Source: Eledone cirrhosa (Eukaryota). From it: 64,000 nucleotides of DNA. Positions 37,260 through 53,249 of this stretch are shown here, piece after piece. The position numbers and the translations under genes were made by a program. The stretch lies in contig OZ024741.1 in the NCBI GenBank assembly GCA_964016885.1, positions 92,690,001 to 92,754,000 of the forward strand, read 5' to 3'. The notes under the pieces are model-generated. The model worked only from the letters and a program-made list of their open reading frames with translations, was not told the origin of the DNA and searched no databases. Position 1 is the stretch's first letter; each line of letters begins with the position of its first letter.

Positions 37260-39010
37260 ATAATCATTCTCGAAAAACCAAAGTGGGCAGCAAAAAATGT
37301 TATCGTTATTTTGATTCCAAATATTACGAACAGTATGAGTGGATGACAGGATGTCCCATTCTGAACAATTGTTCTGTTTCCTATGTCTGATTTTGTCAAA
37401 ATAAGAACACATGGGCAACTACCGGCTGCCCGATTTAAACAATTTGATTGCTCTTTGACAAGACCAAAAAATCTCAGAACTTTCTGAATTGCGTAATTAC
37501 TCTGAAAACCGTTGACCGACGACGAATTGATACAGCGCTCGATCACTGGAAAGTAGCTTCGATTCAGTCGAGATATACTGAAAAGGTTAATTCATTGTAT
37601 TAACATTTTGGCCTATCAAGAATTATCATTTAGAGGACATGATGGAACAGAAGGATCAAATAATAAGGGTGATTTTCTGGTTACATGTGAAGCAGTAGCG
37701 GAATAAGATGATTGTTTAAGATCGCATTTAGATTTTGTGAAGAAAAATGATAACTGCACATTTTCTGGACTTTCAAGTGATATTCAAAACGAGATCATTA
37801 ATTGTATAACTGTTAAAATTGAAGGTGAAATTAAGGCAATGATCGAAAAAACATTATTTTTTGCTGTTATGCTGGATGAGACTACTGACTTTCGAATGAA
37901 ATCGGAATTGTCACGCGTTTTTGCGATTAGTTGATGAGAAGGAAAAGCCTTAAGATACGTCGATATCAGAAAAAATAGAAGAACTGCATCGCTGATAGAA
38001 GTTCGAAAATTTGTTAATGAACCCACAACCTATGATGGAGCAGGCTGGGCATTTAAACTGAGTGCAGACAAGAATAAAGGAAACTTTTGGAACGTCATAT
38101 TGGTACATTGTTTTGCACATTCCCTTAATTTGGTACTCTTACAATCAACTTCAACTATCCGTGAATTTCGAATTTTCTTCCAAAGTTTAAAAGGAATTTC
38201 AACTTTCTTTTCTCATAGTCGACTATTCGAATAACACTACTGGATGAAATCATTGGAAGGCAATTTTTAAAGTTACATGAGACACGCTGAAATTATTCAT
38301 CTCGACAAATAACCGACAAAATTACTGTTTTCTGAGCTATTTTCAACCATATTAGAAAATCCAGAAGATTAGAGTGCTTCAGAATTAACACAAGCAAGGG
38401 GGTTCGTTGCAATCCGAGATTTTCAGTTTAAATTTCTATTAGTAGTTTTCGAAACCATATTGAGTGGCTCAGAAATTCTGTTCTCGATCCTTCAAAAAAG
38501 TTCACTTGATATTTCGAGGTGCATTCATGAGGTTGAAAACTTCCAGAAACAATTGGTTGATATCAAGAACAAGTTTGAGGAATTTTACTGCCGGGTTCTG
38601 GATGGTATCGCTGAATCACCGGAGAAGCGTGGTTGATATCAAGAACCAGAAGCTGTTTTAAGAACTTTGTTTAACAACATTTTAGATGAAATTATTGTTC
38701 ACGTTGAGCAAAGATTTAAAACAATGGGAGAGTTCAGATTTGTGGAATTGTTGAATCCGAAGCTTTTTCACGCTTACGAAACAAAATTTCCAATGGAAGC
38801 GTTTTCATCATTGGATATGTCTATTTAAACATATTGGATTTGGATGGATTGAAATGAGAGCTGAAATCAGTTTATGCTGCAGATTTTGCAAAGCAAGCGT
38901 CAAGCATCCATGACGCCGCAGACATAATACGAGAACTGGAACTAAATCAAGCTCTGGCAGAAGTAAAAAAATTATTACGTCTGATTCTGACCATACATGC
39001 CACGTCCCTA
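37260..39010 (+). pseudogene. hAT transposase fossil (ZMYM1-like / DUF4371 type)
   Basis: LAYQELSFRGHD, SSDIQNEII, FFAVMLDETTD, TYDGA, HCFAHSLNLVL, KLLRLILTI motifs with many stops and frameshifts. Confidence 0.88.
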
Positions 39011-39038
39011 TATTAAAGCGAGTAAATAATTTTTCTTA

Positions 39039-39647
39039 TCTATATATATATATAAAACTAAGGATGTCTGTTTGTGTGTGTGTGTGATCCTAAAATTCGA
39101 TAAGTACTCAACCGATTTTTTTCAAACTTTACATGTGCATTACTTATGTTTCAGGGAGTGTTATGCACCCGCATTAGGTGAAAAACTGCGTGTTTTTTCA
39201 GATTTTTGGGGTTTTTTGAGGCGTTACGTCAGACCGATTTCCTTGAAATTGTAACTATGTATTAGTCAGTTTCTTCTTCATACCGTGAGCAAAGAAAATC
39301 CAACCTTTTTTTATGGCCTAGGGTGAAAAAATTAGGTGAAAAAATTCATTTTTTCAGCTTTTTAGGGCTTTTTTAAGGCGTTACGTCTAGCCGATTTTCT
39401 CAAAATTTCAAGGCATATTATGCACATAAAAAAATTCATTTTCTTGATCCCCTAGGGCCTGCATTAGGTGAAAACCTGCATTTTTCCTGCTTCATCGAGG
39501 AAAATCTTAAAGATTATCCAGCCATCAGAGTATTCGGTTTATTTTCTTTACATATTGTCCAGGCATGCAGTTTTTCCACAATTAGGTCTGTTGGTGGCCC
39601 GCGTTCCAAAATACCTTATCCCGTGCAACGCCGGGTACCACTGCTAG
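39039..39647 (+). mobile_element. Non-autonomous Helitron-type element
   Basis: A|TCTATATAT start; cccgtgcaacgccggg hairpin then CTAG|T. Confidence 0.8.
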
Positions 39648-39871
39648 TTTACTATAAATACCGCCTTTTTGAAATTAGATCGATACACTCACTTTTTTCT
39701 CTTTTTTTTTCTTGGTTCCCTCCTTTTATGGGCCCATCCACCTATTTACCACCTTCTCTCTCTCTCACTCCCTACCCATTCTTCTCCTTTCTCTATCCCT
39801 CCAGACACCTATCCTCCTATTCATCCCCTATCACTCTCTTTATACTTCCTCCTCATTCTATCCCTCTACAC

Positions 39872-40066
39872 CAGTGGTTCTCAACCTTTTTTGGTCAATG
39901 GCACACCTTGAAACACGTGAAAAAATAGCGGCACACCTGGCTAAATATATATGAAAAATATTTGAATTTTACAAAATAAAAACATGGCGAAAATAAAATT
40001 TCGCGCACACTTAGGAAGAACTCGCGGCACACCAGTGTGCCGCGGCGCACTGGTTGAGAATCACTG
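39872..40066. mobile_element. hAT (Charlie-like) MITE
   Basis: TIR cagtggttctcaacc / ggttgagaatcactg; 8-bp TSD ctctacac/ttctacac. Confidence 0.85.
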
Positions 40067-40139
40067 TTCTACACCAACCAGCTCCATACTCCCCCCAATT
40101 ACAATTTTTCTGCCTCCACGTCCAACACCCCAATTAAAA

Positions 40140-40910
40140 TACCCGCCTCTGCTCAGACTTCCACCCCGTGGGAAGTCCATCAGTGTCACTCATACGTCAC
40201 GTGCAACAGGTGCAAGAAAAGAGGTAACTGCTCCAACTATAACAATCTCTTCCACCTTTCTTGCGTCAAACTCACACGGCGAGAGTCGGAATCCCTGCAC
40301 TGCCCGCAATGTCTATCCCCTTCGACGCCACAGGTGGACACAGGTGACCGGCTCAATGAGGACACGAAGCTACTCGATCTGGATGAGGCTCTGGAGCGAT
40401 CTCCCGCCTCAAGCAGTCGCGGAGAGTATCACCAGAATCCCTAAAGCTGCACTTTCGCGACCGAAGACTCGGGCGGCTCTCAAGACTGAACTAAACTGTT
40501 CAGTTTCGCGACCCTCGCATTCGGAATCCCGGTGGCAGGGAACCCAACGCTAGGGAGGAATTGGGTCCCTCCCTGATCCGAAGCTCAAGGGCAATAACGC
40601 TTCCTTCTGCGACCCTTCGACTGCAAGCCTTATCACCCTCACGCAGATCACCTCGGTGAACTCGATGCCACCATACGATGCTGTGCAGAACTCATCTGCA
40701 ATGTCAGTTTCGACAGCGTCGGCTTGCAGTAGGCGAAGAACCCAGGGAAGTTCGATAGCCTCGACCCCCGATCCGTTTCGGATCTGGCACTGCCGACTTA
40801 CCTCTCCTTAATCTCCTCCAGTTGCACTGTCATCAGCTAGGTCCTCAGCATGACGGCCGGATTTGACGTGTCTCTAGAACTGGAACAGGTTCTGGTCGAC
40901 TGAACAGACG
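40140..40910 (+). mobile_element. Internally deleted CRE-like retrotransposon with PHD-finger-like N-terminus
   Basis: CNRCKKRGNCSNYNNLFHLSCV..HCPQC, then RIPKAA and RSVSDLALPTYLS in shifting frames; GC-rich. Confidence 0.5.
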
Positions 40911-41249
40911 TATGCAAATGTCCAATGTATCTGGGATGACATCAAGTGCAGGTTTCCTTCAGGCGGATCGAGGTCATTATGACAGGCCCGTCGCCATGAT
41001 GTTATTAATAAGGGAACATCAAATCCAATGGAGAGGAGTATCAAGCCCAAAGCGTAGCCTGTTGATAGAAGTACATTTTCTCACATTAAAATTAGCTCAT
41101 ATCACATTCCCAAAATGGAGCGGGGGGATAATTTTCCGAGGAGGAATAAGGTTCGGAAACCCCACTCTCTGCCATATGATTAACCTGCATCATGGACTTA
41201 CATGCCCGGCTTTCCATGTATGTATGTATCTTATGTATTTCTTGTCGTG

Positions 41250-42420
41250 CTCGAAGGCAAGTGCAGAAAAATCACGGCTGGAAAAGGCTTTCAAAGAATG
41301 TAAGGCACGAGTGCAGAGCAAACGCCGAGCAGCAAAAGATTCATGGTCGCGCGATAAACGCATGATGTACAAGCCACGACAGAAAGACTAGATGCTAAAT
41401 AATTATATAACGATCTGTGTACAGTATATGACCCACACACCACAGTATTTGTCCCATTGCAGTCAAAGAATGGAAACGAAGTGTTTCGAAACATTTACTG
41501 CACTGGTACGTGATCTTCTTTATGCAGACGACTGTGATCTTGTTAGCCATACAGAAAAAGACCTTCAACTTCTGAGGGACTGCTTCTCGGCAGCGTGTAA
41601 TGAGTTTAGGCTGATAATCAGTCTGAAAAAGACAGTGATGGTGTACCAGCATGCACTGTATATTCCACCATCCATATATGTGAAAGAGAAAATATTGAAG
41701 GTTGTGGATAAGTTCGTCAACCTGGATAGTACTCTCTCCAAAACCAGTACCCTTGATGAAGAGGTCACCTACCGGCTGTTTAAAGCTGTCGATGCTTTTG
41801 GTAAGCTGGAGAAGCACCTGTGATCACATTCAGATATCAGGGTGCACACAAAAACTGAAGAATATCAAGTATGTGTGCTTACAGCCATGGAGGTTATACA
41901 TGGACAATTATACTGTGGGTGTAGCCAACGCCTAAAACGTTTCTACCAATAATGCATGCGCTCCACCCTCAAGATCTCATGTCTTGCACAAGATATTGAT
42001 GTATCTACCAAGCACCCAGACCATGATCGTGAAACAACGCCTCCGGTGCTCAGGTCACATAGTACGCCTAGAGAACAGCAGACTCCCAAAACAAGTATTG
42101 TATGAAGAGCTGTTACAAAGCAAACAGCTGCAGTACAAACCAGGCAAGCTCTTTAAAAACTGCCTGAAAGATACCGAAACATGGGAAAATCTTGCAACAG
42201 ACCGAGTCCAGTGACGATATCTGATTGCTACCGGTGTTAAGAAATCAGAAAAGAAGCAGTTGGCCTATACTGAAATGAAGCGAACAGCTAAATATACGGC
42301 TGATAGTTCGCTTTCAGAACGGTATTTGAAAGAGACTGTTACCTGTGGGGGGTGTGGATGTGTATGTATGTGAAAGGCTGGGCTACTAATCCGTAGTAGA
42401 TGTCATATTCATATAAATAA
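41250..42420 (+). mobile_element. RTE/BovB-like LINE, decayed
   Basis: VRDLLYADDCDLV, ISLKKTVM, RLRCSGHIVRLENSRLPKQVLYEEL, TWENLATDR. Confidence 0.85.
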
Positions 42421-42809
42421 CACCATTGAGTATCTGTACTAAAGCGTGTTACTCTGCAGGTATGTATGTATGTTCTTCTGGTTTTATAATTTTATGAATT
42501 TTTACCAATAAAGAGAGAGAGTCGGTTTCTAACATAGACAAGAATTTTTCATTGGAATTTAGACAATATCAACTAGGTAGATATGTCTGCATGCGTGTGT
42601 GTGTGTGTGTACATGTGTGTGTGTCTGTGCAGGTATGGATGTTATTGTATATGTGGATCTGTATGTTTTGAGTTATATGTGTACGCGTGCATGTTTTGTA
42701 TTTATATGTGTATATAAGATGATCATACGTATCAGTTTAACAGTTGGTATAGTAGAGAAAGTGTGGGATGGGTTCCATTGGAGAGTGTTCCAGTCTATTT
42801 CTCAGTCTA

Positions 42810-42845
42810 TCTTCTGATAAAAGACTAGTGCCCGAAACGTAAAGA
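42810..42845 (+). ncRNA. Degenerate minimal hammerhead
   Basis: tctt-CTGATAA-aagactagtgccc-GAAACGTA|aaga; G8->A and broken helix II; host repeat ~42460-42880 also at ~22980-23620. Confidence 0.45.
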
Positions 42846-42948
42846 CTATTTTCCTACTGTGCGAAGCGTTGAACTAATATATTTCTTCTTTGTACAGTGT
42901 TGTTTTCTTTGTTATTTCCGTTAACTTTTTGCATACACGCGCGCGCGC

Positions 42949-43019
<71 letters not shown>

Positions 43020-45144
43020 ATATATATATATATAAATGCCTCTGATCACAGCCTTTCAAGAGACTGCCAACTGAACTTCCATAAACGCTCCTCTCAACAG
43101 TTTTTCAAGGAGACACCTGCTTTTTCTTTTTGTCAAAACAACTTTTCATGTGGATGGCTGGATGGACAAGCGACGGACGGAAGGACGGGCTGATGGGCGG
43201 ACGGTCGGATGGATGGACGGACGGACGAACAGGTAGATCGATGGATTGATAGATCCTTAGATCGAACCGAGGTAAGTATTTTTTCATTGGTCTTTAGAAC
43301 ATCGGACAAAATCTTCGGAGGATTTGCTCCAGCTCTTTACGTCCTGTATTTAACTCCCACCGAGGTCTACTTTGTTTTTCATCCTTAGGAGATAGATAAA
43401 ATAAAGTACCAGTCGAGTACTTAGGTTGATATAATTTACTATCCCCTCCCCCATAAACATGTCTGGTCTTTTGCCTATGACAAAAACCGTTATATAACAT
43501 TATCAACAAAGTATATCTCACTTGTCATCTTGTTCAATGATAGATGCTACTGATATTTGATAGGAGTTGCTGTTATATTTCCTGTAGAATATGATTAGTA
43601 GTTGATTCTGACGTTTGATTTATTGACATGTAGCGTTCAGCAAAAGTACGTCATAGAAGTCACTCATTCGAGGTTAAAAGATGTGCATGTGGCTGTTGGA
43701 AACCCCGTCGGGACCGATCACGAGTATTTCAATTGTTCGAACAACAGAACAGCCTGTTAGTGAAACTAACATGCAAGTGGTTGAGCATACCGTGGACACA
43801 TGCGCCCGTAACATGATTCTCAAAGAGATTCAGTGTGACACAGTGTGGAACAAGTTTTAGCCCTTAAAATTACAGGTAAAGCCAATTATTTTTTTCCAGC
43901 TAAGTGGACTGAAATAAAGTGTTTTCATCAAGGGCATAATGCATCACCCGATCAGGGGATCGAACCCATATTACGATCGCAGGCCCTACACCCTAACTAC
44001 TAGACCCCGAACACTTATAGCAGCTGAATAAACACAATTTTGATACCCTACTTTTATGTGTGTTTGTTTGTTTTTTTTTATTTTAACTTCGTTTTAGTAA
44101 CATCTGGTTATTTTATTTTAATTAGAAGGAACAACGGCCTAAACCTACTAAATAATCGATATTTAATGATTCCATTCGGCAGCTGTTGGGAAGAAACGTG
44201 TCCCAATATCTGCTGTGCTATAAATGAGTGGAATAAATTAAATAGACGATGTTGGTAGGAGTAATAATTATTTTATTCTTTTTATTGGTTATATTCATTA
44301 GACTGCGGCCATGCTGGGGAACCGACTTCATGACATATATTCGATCATATTTATTCTACTGATACATACTTTATCGACCTTTATTAGTCGTTCCGTGAAT
44401 TACGGCACATAAACAAACAGTAAACATAAACACGCCCGTCCGCTTGTATACATATATGTGCGCGCGAGTGTGTGTGTTTATATGTGTGTGTGTGTCTGTT
44501 TGTCTGTATATATATGTATATGTATATATATATATGTGTGTGTGTGTGTGACGGGCTTCTTTGCAGTTTCCGTCTACCAAATTCCTCTTACACCGAATTG
44601 ATCAACCCGATGTTATTGTAAAGGACACCTGTCCAAGGTGCCATTATCCTGAATGGACGTGGTTGACAAGTGAACTCCTTAACCCCACAGCCATGTTTGT
44701 ATGCTCAGTAAAATAAAATAAATGGATCTGAAGGAACTGGATTATTCTCAAGTATCTCCACGATCTATGGTAGCTAATACCAATACATCACCCAAGTCAA
44801 TCAAAGTAATCAGCTAAAGAAAATTCAAATCCCTTAGAGTAGGTGAATATTTCTTTAAAAATAAAACTGGCTCTTCCGAACTGATAAGATTGATGCCGTT
44901 GATAATCAGTTTGAATTTCTTTATATCGACAAATATGGGATGAAAATTGATCACAGAGTAAATTCCAGCGATCTGTAGCTATGGAAATAAAGGATTGGGG
45001 AAGGTGTTTCGCACGAGGTTTTGGGGAGGGGGGGAAAGGGAAGGACGAGGAAGAGACGATCGAAAAGGGGAGGAGGGAAAAAAGAAGAGGTGGATATACT
45101 TGGTGGGCCTGGGTTGAAATGCTTTACAGCTTGCTAATTAATGG

Positions 45145-47215
45145 TTTCTTATATAGGCACAAGGCCAGCAATTTTGGGGGAGGGGAAATTCGATTAAATC
45201 GACACCAGTGTGTGACTGGTACTTTATTTTATCGACCCCATAAGGATGAAAGGCAAAGTTAATCTCGGTGGGATTTGAACTCAGATCATAAAGGGCCGTA
45301 ACTCTATGTTGCAAAGCATGGCGTCCGATCCTCTACGGATACTACCAATCCACCGCCCTACAGCTAGCTAATTAATGGAAGCAGAGACCGTTCTTTTCGT
45401 GACAGAAGATATGGAGAGAAGAAACTGCATTAGCTATTGCGTTACCATATTTCTGACGAAATACACTGCCTTTAATTTTCAAATCCTTTTGAAATGAATT
45501 TAAAATTTGGTGAGATTTAGTAACATAACTGACTCACTCGTTATTACGATGTTGTGAGAGTGATGGAATGGTAGAATTGTTAGAGCATCAGACAAAATCC
45601 TTTGTGGTATTTAGTTGTGGCTTTTTACGTTCTGCATTTAAATTCCGTCGGTGTCAACATTGTCTTGGTCAACTTGATCAGGATCAATAAAATAAAGTAA
45701 CAGTAAATACTGAAATCGTTATAAGCGATGTATCCCTTCTCACAAATTGTTAGCTTTGTGCTTAAATTAGAAATCATGAGGGCGGTGGTGTGGCGGTATC
45801 GGTAGAGCGTCGGACAACCTGCTTCATGGCAGAGAGTTACGGCCCTTTACGTTCTCAGTTCAAATCCCGAGGTTAACTTTGCCTTTCATCCTTACGGAGT
45901 CAATAAAATAAAGTACCAGTAACGCACTGAGGTCAATTTAATCGACTTTCCCCTCCTCCCAAATTCACTGGCCTTGTGCCTATAGTAGAAATCATCATTA
46001 AGCAAGTGTAAGGACAGTATCGGTAGAGTGTCGGACACTATGCTTCACGACATAGTTACAACCCTTTACGTTCTGTGTTCAAATCCCGCCAAGGTTAGTT
46101 TTGCCTTTTATCCTTACGTTGTCGATAAAATGAAGCACCTCCCCGCCTTCATATTGCTGGCCTTGTGCCTAAAGTAGAAACAATTATTAAGCAGTTGAAA
46201 AATGATGGATTGGCAGTATTGGTAAAGCATCAGAAAAAATGCGATTGCGGTATTTATACTGGCTCTTTACAATCTGAGTTCAAATCCCACCGAGGTCAAC
46301 TTTGCCTTTCATCCTTCCGAGGTAAATAAAATAAAGTACCGGTCAAATACTGTGGCTGATTTAATCAATTTTGGCCTTCCTCCAAATTTGCTGACTTTGT
46401 GCCTAAATGCTTCTTCTTTTCTTCGCCAAGTTATTCCTGGGAGAGTCGTGAGGACAGAGTCCTCAAACACTTCCTCTAGCAGGTCCTGTCAGAAGTAAGC
46501 GTCTCCAACTCATCCAGCTGGATCCCCAAGCGTTACCAACCAAACTCATTGATGTTATCCAACCATCTAGCTCGGGAGTCTAGCCCTGGGTCTCCTACCT
46601 GTTGGTTTCGCCCGTAAAATCTGTCCAACGATTCTTTTCTGAGACATTCTAACCACTTGCCCATAGTATCAGAGCTCTGATCTCTTAATTCGGAGAAATA
46701 GCATCTCTGCCTGGAGTGAATCTCTGATCTCCGAGCTACGCACTTTATCGAGTAACGTTACTCTAAAGACCCTTCACAGGAACCCCATTTCGGCCGCTTG
46801 TATTCGCGATCGTATTCTTTCGGTCATTACCCAAGATTCATGACCATAGGTAAGGGTTGGCACGAACACCGAATTAAAGACGGCGAGTCTGGCCTTTACA
46901 CAAACCTCCCTTCTTCTGATTACTGAATGCTGAAGCTGGCGCATTACTGCACCAGCTTTTGCAATTATAGCACTTAATTCAGTCTCCTGCTTTCCATCAT
47001 TCGTGAACACGGCCTAAATTAGGAATTATTATTAAGCTAGCGTTTAGGGCGGTGGATTGGCAGTATCGGTGGAGGGTCCGACGCCATGCTTTCCAGCATA
47101 GTTACGTCCCTTTACGAGGTTGACTTTGCCTTTCATCCTTACGGGGTCGATAAAATAAAGTACCAGTAATGCACTGGGTAATTGCTGGCCTTGTGCCTAA
47201 AGTAGAAACAATTAT
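45145..47215. mobile_element. SINE cluster (minus copy 45145-45360; plus copies ~45780-46410, 47047-47215)
   Basis: Dominant tRNA-SINE family A/B boxes and central block. Confidence 0.85.
46410..47012 (-). mobile_element. RTE LINE 3' fragment (same family as 14830-16260, younger)
   Basis: VFVPTLTYGHESWVMTERIRSRIQAAEMGFL; (AAG) tail. Confidence 0.9.
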
Positions 47216-48658
47216 TAAGCTAGCATTTGAAGCATGGCTTAACAAAGTCCTTACATAAAATTATTATGGCAGGCTTTATATAGATATAAACATTTAAAAA
47301 TAATTTTATATCGTACAACCGGGGGGCGAGGTGTTTGAAAAGGATCTAGAATTTAGAGTGATTTAGTAAAATAACTAACTTTCCCATTATTAAGTTAGTA
47401 TTTGGAGAATAGTTTAAACGATTCTTGCATAAAATTATGATGGAACGTTTTTAAACGTTTAAAATTTAAAGTAAACAGTTTAGTATCCTAGAAACAGGTT
47501 CGATTTCAGACAGTTTTGGGTGTCAAAAGAATTAATGTGGGTCACGATTTAGCTTTTTAGATGGTCAGCAAGTGATTAAAGCTGAAGTATTTTCATCCTC
47601 TAAAGAGTAAACCAATAGTATCTGTGTGAGATCGCCATGATTGTGAAGCCTACAATTTGTAGAGGCTCTGAAACTTTTAATCGTATATTGTTCGTGCGCA
47701 ATGAGGGTATGTAAAAGCTATTTTCTTGTTATGGGTAGCGATTATGTCGTTTTGCTGTTGAAGGAGACTGGTTTGTTATATCCTCATTGAAATATGTTTC
47801 TTAAATCTGATCACAGAAGCGGTGCATATCTTGTGTCGTGTGCCTAGGTTGCGTACAGACGACGACGCCTATGTATGAAAATTTGAGCCCGTTGGATGGA
47901 TTGAACCTCTAATTCAAAGGTCCATCCTTGTTATATATTATGTTATATATTACGCCGAGAATTACGTAAAGGATACGCATGACTGTGAAATATGCAGACA
48001 TGCGTTGGGCGTTTAGTTGATCAAACACCAATTGCTCATCGTCGAAAGAGACGAAGGTTCCATCATCACCATGTGAAAGGGTATAGCACGTAGTTCAATA
48101 ACACAGAGAAGGAAAGGTGTGTCCAACTTCGGTATCCAACTTCGGCCTACGTCGTAGTTGATAAAAATAGAATGAGATTCTGAAATATAATAATTTGAGG
48201 AGAATTTATACAAGAAATAAGAGATGGATGATAGCCATAGATGAATGACTTATCTTACAGGATACTATTGAAAATTTCACACATGTCACCTATGGGACAT
48301 ACTACTTTCAATGTCAGAAACAACAGTGTTACTTCTGATGTCAAGGACAACAGTGTTACATCTAGAAGAAGAAGAAGAAGAAGAAGAAGAAGAAGAGTCG
48401 TTAGAACCACGTATAGAATGCTCTGCTGTATTCGTTCCAGCAATTTGGGTCTTAGCTCAGATCTCAGTTTGTCTTTCACCCTTTCGAGATCTATAAATAA
48501 AATAGCAGTCTAGCACACGGGTCGGTCCTCCCCACCTACCTCTCCCAGATCTGGCGTCACGACGACGCCCCTAAGACTCCATAGGGAGCTCAGATCCCCA
48601 TGCACGTCTCACTTATTTATCTATTTATTTATTATTGTTTGAAGGCAATAACATTTTA

Positions 48659-48851
48659 CAGACCTGCCAACCTCTAAAAACCCAAACGGTGAGTACCACG
48701 ATAAGAAGTACCCCAAAACGGAGAAATGAGGCAAAATGGGAAGGTTTTACAAAATGAAAGCTCTCCCCATTTTCACAAGAGAAGACATCTCTCACCCACC
48801 CCAAAGTGGGTAGGAGAACTCCCCGTTGGACGGAGAGAGTTGACAGATCTG
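48659..48851. mobile_element. MITE with cagacctgccaac TIR
   Basis: cagacctgccaacc ... gttgacagatctg; other copies 52667-53014 (SINE inserted) and partial ~24100-24257. Confidence 0.7.
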
Positions 48852-49588
48852 TCTTTAAGTAGAGGTTTCCAACAGAACAATGACTAGTTCATAACATTGA
48901 GGATGGCGAGTGTGACAATGGATAACAACCTGCAAAAATATCGAAAATAGTTGATATCCCAACGAAGCAATGTATTGGACTAAATTTCTGAACTAATTCA
49001 CAAATCAGATTTACGAAGAAAATCTTAACAGAAAATACGAAAATAATAGAAATGTTATTTTGGAAATGTGTCAAACCTATCTCTGATGGTGATGATGATG
49101 GTGATGATGGTGATGAAGGTGGTGACGGTGGTAGTAGTGGTGATAGTAACTATATTTTGGGGGGTTTTCTTATTTGTTTCAGTTTATCGACAAAATGATA
49201 TATTATCTATCTCCTAATCTGATTCTTCAGTGAATCTCATCACACACAAAAAAGCAATGAAGGTGATGATGATACAAAACTTATCAATAAATAAATAAAA
49301 ATAATAATTGTTTCTAGTTTTGGTACAAGGCCATCAATTATCCAGTGCATTACTGGTACTTTATTTTATCGACCACGTAAGGATGAAAGGCAAAGTCAAC
49401 CTCGGCGGGATTTGAACTCAGATCGTAAAGGGACGTAACTATGGTGGAAAGCATGGCGTCTGACCCTCTACCGATACTGCCAATCCAAAAATAATAATGA
49501 ACTTAAATGTCCAATTATAGTTGTAATTTAATGCAAGTCTAATCCATTCTAATTACTAATGATCTGTTGACTAAGATCTGCTAATGGC

Positions 49589-51050
<1,462 letters not shown>

Positions 51051-51199
51051 CAATGCCCATAAACATATACACATTGAGGTCGAATGTAGGTGTATAGAAT
51101 GTAGCTTTAGTTTAAACAGGATGTATTTAGGTTTAAAGGCAACTGTCACAGAAGCCACTTTGCGCTGGATTTGTTTGGAAAATGGTAATGTCATATCTT

Positions 51200-51955
51200 C
51201 ACACCTGCCAACAAACCAAGTGCATTTATAGTCACAGAAAAGGAAATAGTAACCTAAGTAAACATGTAAGAACAGCCGAACTCCCACTGTCATGGCCTCC
51301 ATCTCTCTCGCCCTCTCCATCTCTCCGTATGGTGAGCAAATGGGGTCCCACGTGCTGGCCTCCCCACAGCCCCGGCGGACAGAATGAAGAAGGCGTTTTC
51401 TCGGAGGATGGTGAGGGAGATGCGCTGGAAGAGCCATTCCAACTCGCGAGGCTCACACCTGCGGCTGGCCAGCTCAGCGCCTATGGTGGTGAGTAGGGAA
51501 GTAGCCCTAGGGTCAAGGACACCAGAAGTCTCCACTGCCAAGGGCACGACCGCGACCGGTACTTGGAGAGTTTGGCCTCCTCAGCCTGACGTGCAGCAGA
51601 ACCTGGGTTAGTCGCAGACTGCACCAGGTTGCGGCTGCAGAAAGTGTCGGTACAAGTGGCATCCCATACGAGGGGTTTGCTATCGCGGAACGGGAAGATG
51701 GTCATGCCATCTGGCCTTTTGTCGTCGTCCCGGTCCAGCCCCACCGGCTCGAGCAGGGAAGGGAAGCCTGAAGCATCCAAATCATGCTTTATGACCTCGT
51801 TGAGGGCAGCATGGCGTGGAAGGCGGCCGGCACTGTGGCGACAGGGAAGCGGGTGGAGGCCGAAAGAGTCCACGGTGGATTCACAGCGACATTGGTGTGA
51901 AGGAAACGCCGATGCGCAGGCTATCGTTATCCAACCAAGTGCATGCACACCGTGA
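51200..51955 (-). mobile_element. CRE-clade retrotransposon 3' part (CCHC finger + restriction-like endonuclease)
   Basis: CRC..VDSFGLHPLPC..RHAALN, KRPDG..LVWDATC, LAVETSG, LFQRISL. Confidence 0.8.
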
Positions 51956-53249
51956 ACTCCGCTAAAGACCTCCGAAGATCAGATCGCGGTGTTAGGCTGA
52001 ACAACGGATTATGTTCAACTCTCGAAATAAGACAACAGGAAGGCACATTTCTATTCCCGCTAGGAAAATTCCATAACCATCACTGAAAGTCACCAAAAAT
52101 CGTTTGTCGACGTGGTGGCGCATTGTTTCTTTTGCTTTTGTTTTTTGTTGATTTTTGTTCTGTTATTTTTATCTCTCGTATTAAACGACATTACGAATAT
52201 GGCCGAATTAAACCCTTTCGTTACCACATTTCTAATGAAAAACATTGCCTACAGTTCTCAAATAATTTTGAAAATAATCAAGAATTTGGAGGGATTTATT
52301 AATTGTTACTACTTTTGGCACAAGGCCAGCAATTACCCAGTGCATTACTGGTACTTTAATGATTTCTAGTATAGGCACAAGGCCAGTAATTTGGGGGGAG
52401 AGGAAAGTCGATTAAATCCACCCCAGTACGTTACTGGTGCTTTATTTTATCGACCCTGTAAGAATGAAAGGCAAAGCTAACCTCGGCGGGATTTGAACTC
52501 AGACCGTAAATGGCCGTAACTCTATGCTTCAAAGCAGTGTCCGACTCTCTACCGATACTGCCAATCCACCGGAAGGGGTTTAATAATATAATTAACTTCA
52601 TTATTTAGCTGGTGTTTGGAACATAGCTTAACAAGCGTTCTTATATAAAATTGGAATTGAAGGTTTCAGACCTGCCAACCTCTAAAATCCCAAAACGGGG
52701 AGTACCGTGAAAAAAGTGCCCAAAACGGGGGAAAATGAGGCAAAGTATGGAGATTTTACATAATTGTTTCTACTTTTGGCACAAGGCCAGCAATTACCCA
52801 GTACATTACTGGTACTTTATTTTATCGACCTCTGTATGGATGAAAGGCAAAGTTAACCTCGGCGGTATTTGAACTCAGATCGTAAAGGGCCGTAACTATG
52901 CTGGAGATTTTACATAATGAAAGCTATACTCATTTTCACAAGAGAAGACATCTCTCACCCACCATAAAGTGGGTGGGAGATCTCCCCGTCGGACGGGGAG
53001 AGTTCATAGGTCTGTATCTTCCTCCCTGGATCTCTCACAGTGTTGACCAGATGGTCAGTAGTCAAACAACTATTGCTACCTACCTATGTATCAGGCAATA
53101 AATACAATCATCTACCTATTCCTTTGACAATCTACGTCTATATCTATCTATCTATCTATTTACACGTTTTTATTGTAAGTAAACTTCCCCCTTTATATTT
53201 GTCCCCTTCTTTTGTGCCCTTGTGGCTAATAAAGAAACATATCTATCTG

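Noticed and set aside
39984-40553. 189-aa ORF
   Set aside because: Starts inside a MITE and runs mostly out of frame through the CRE-like remnant
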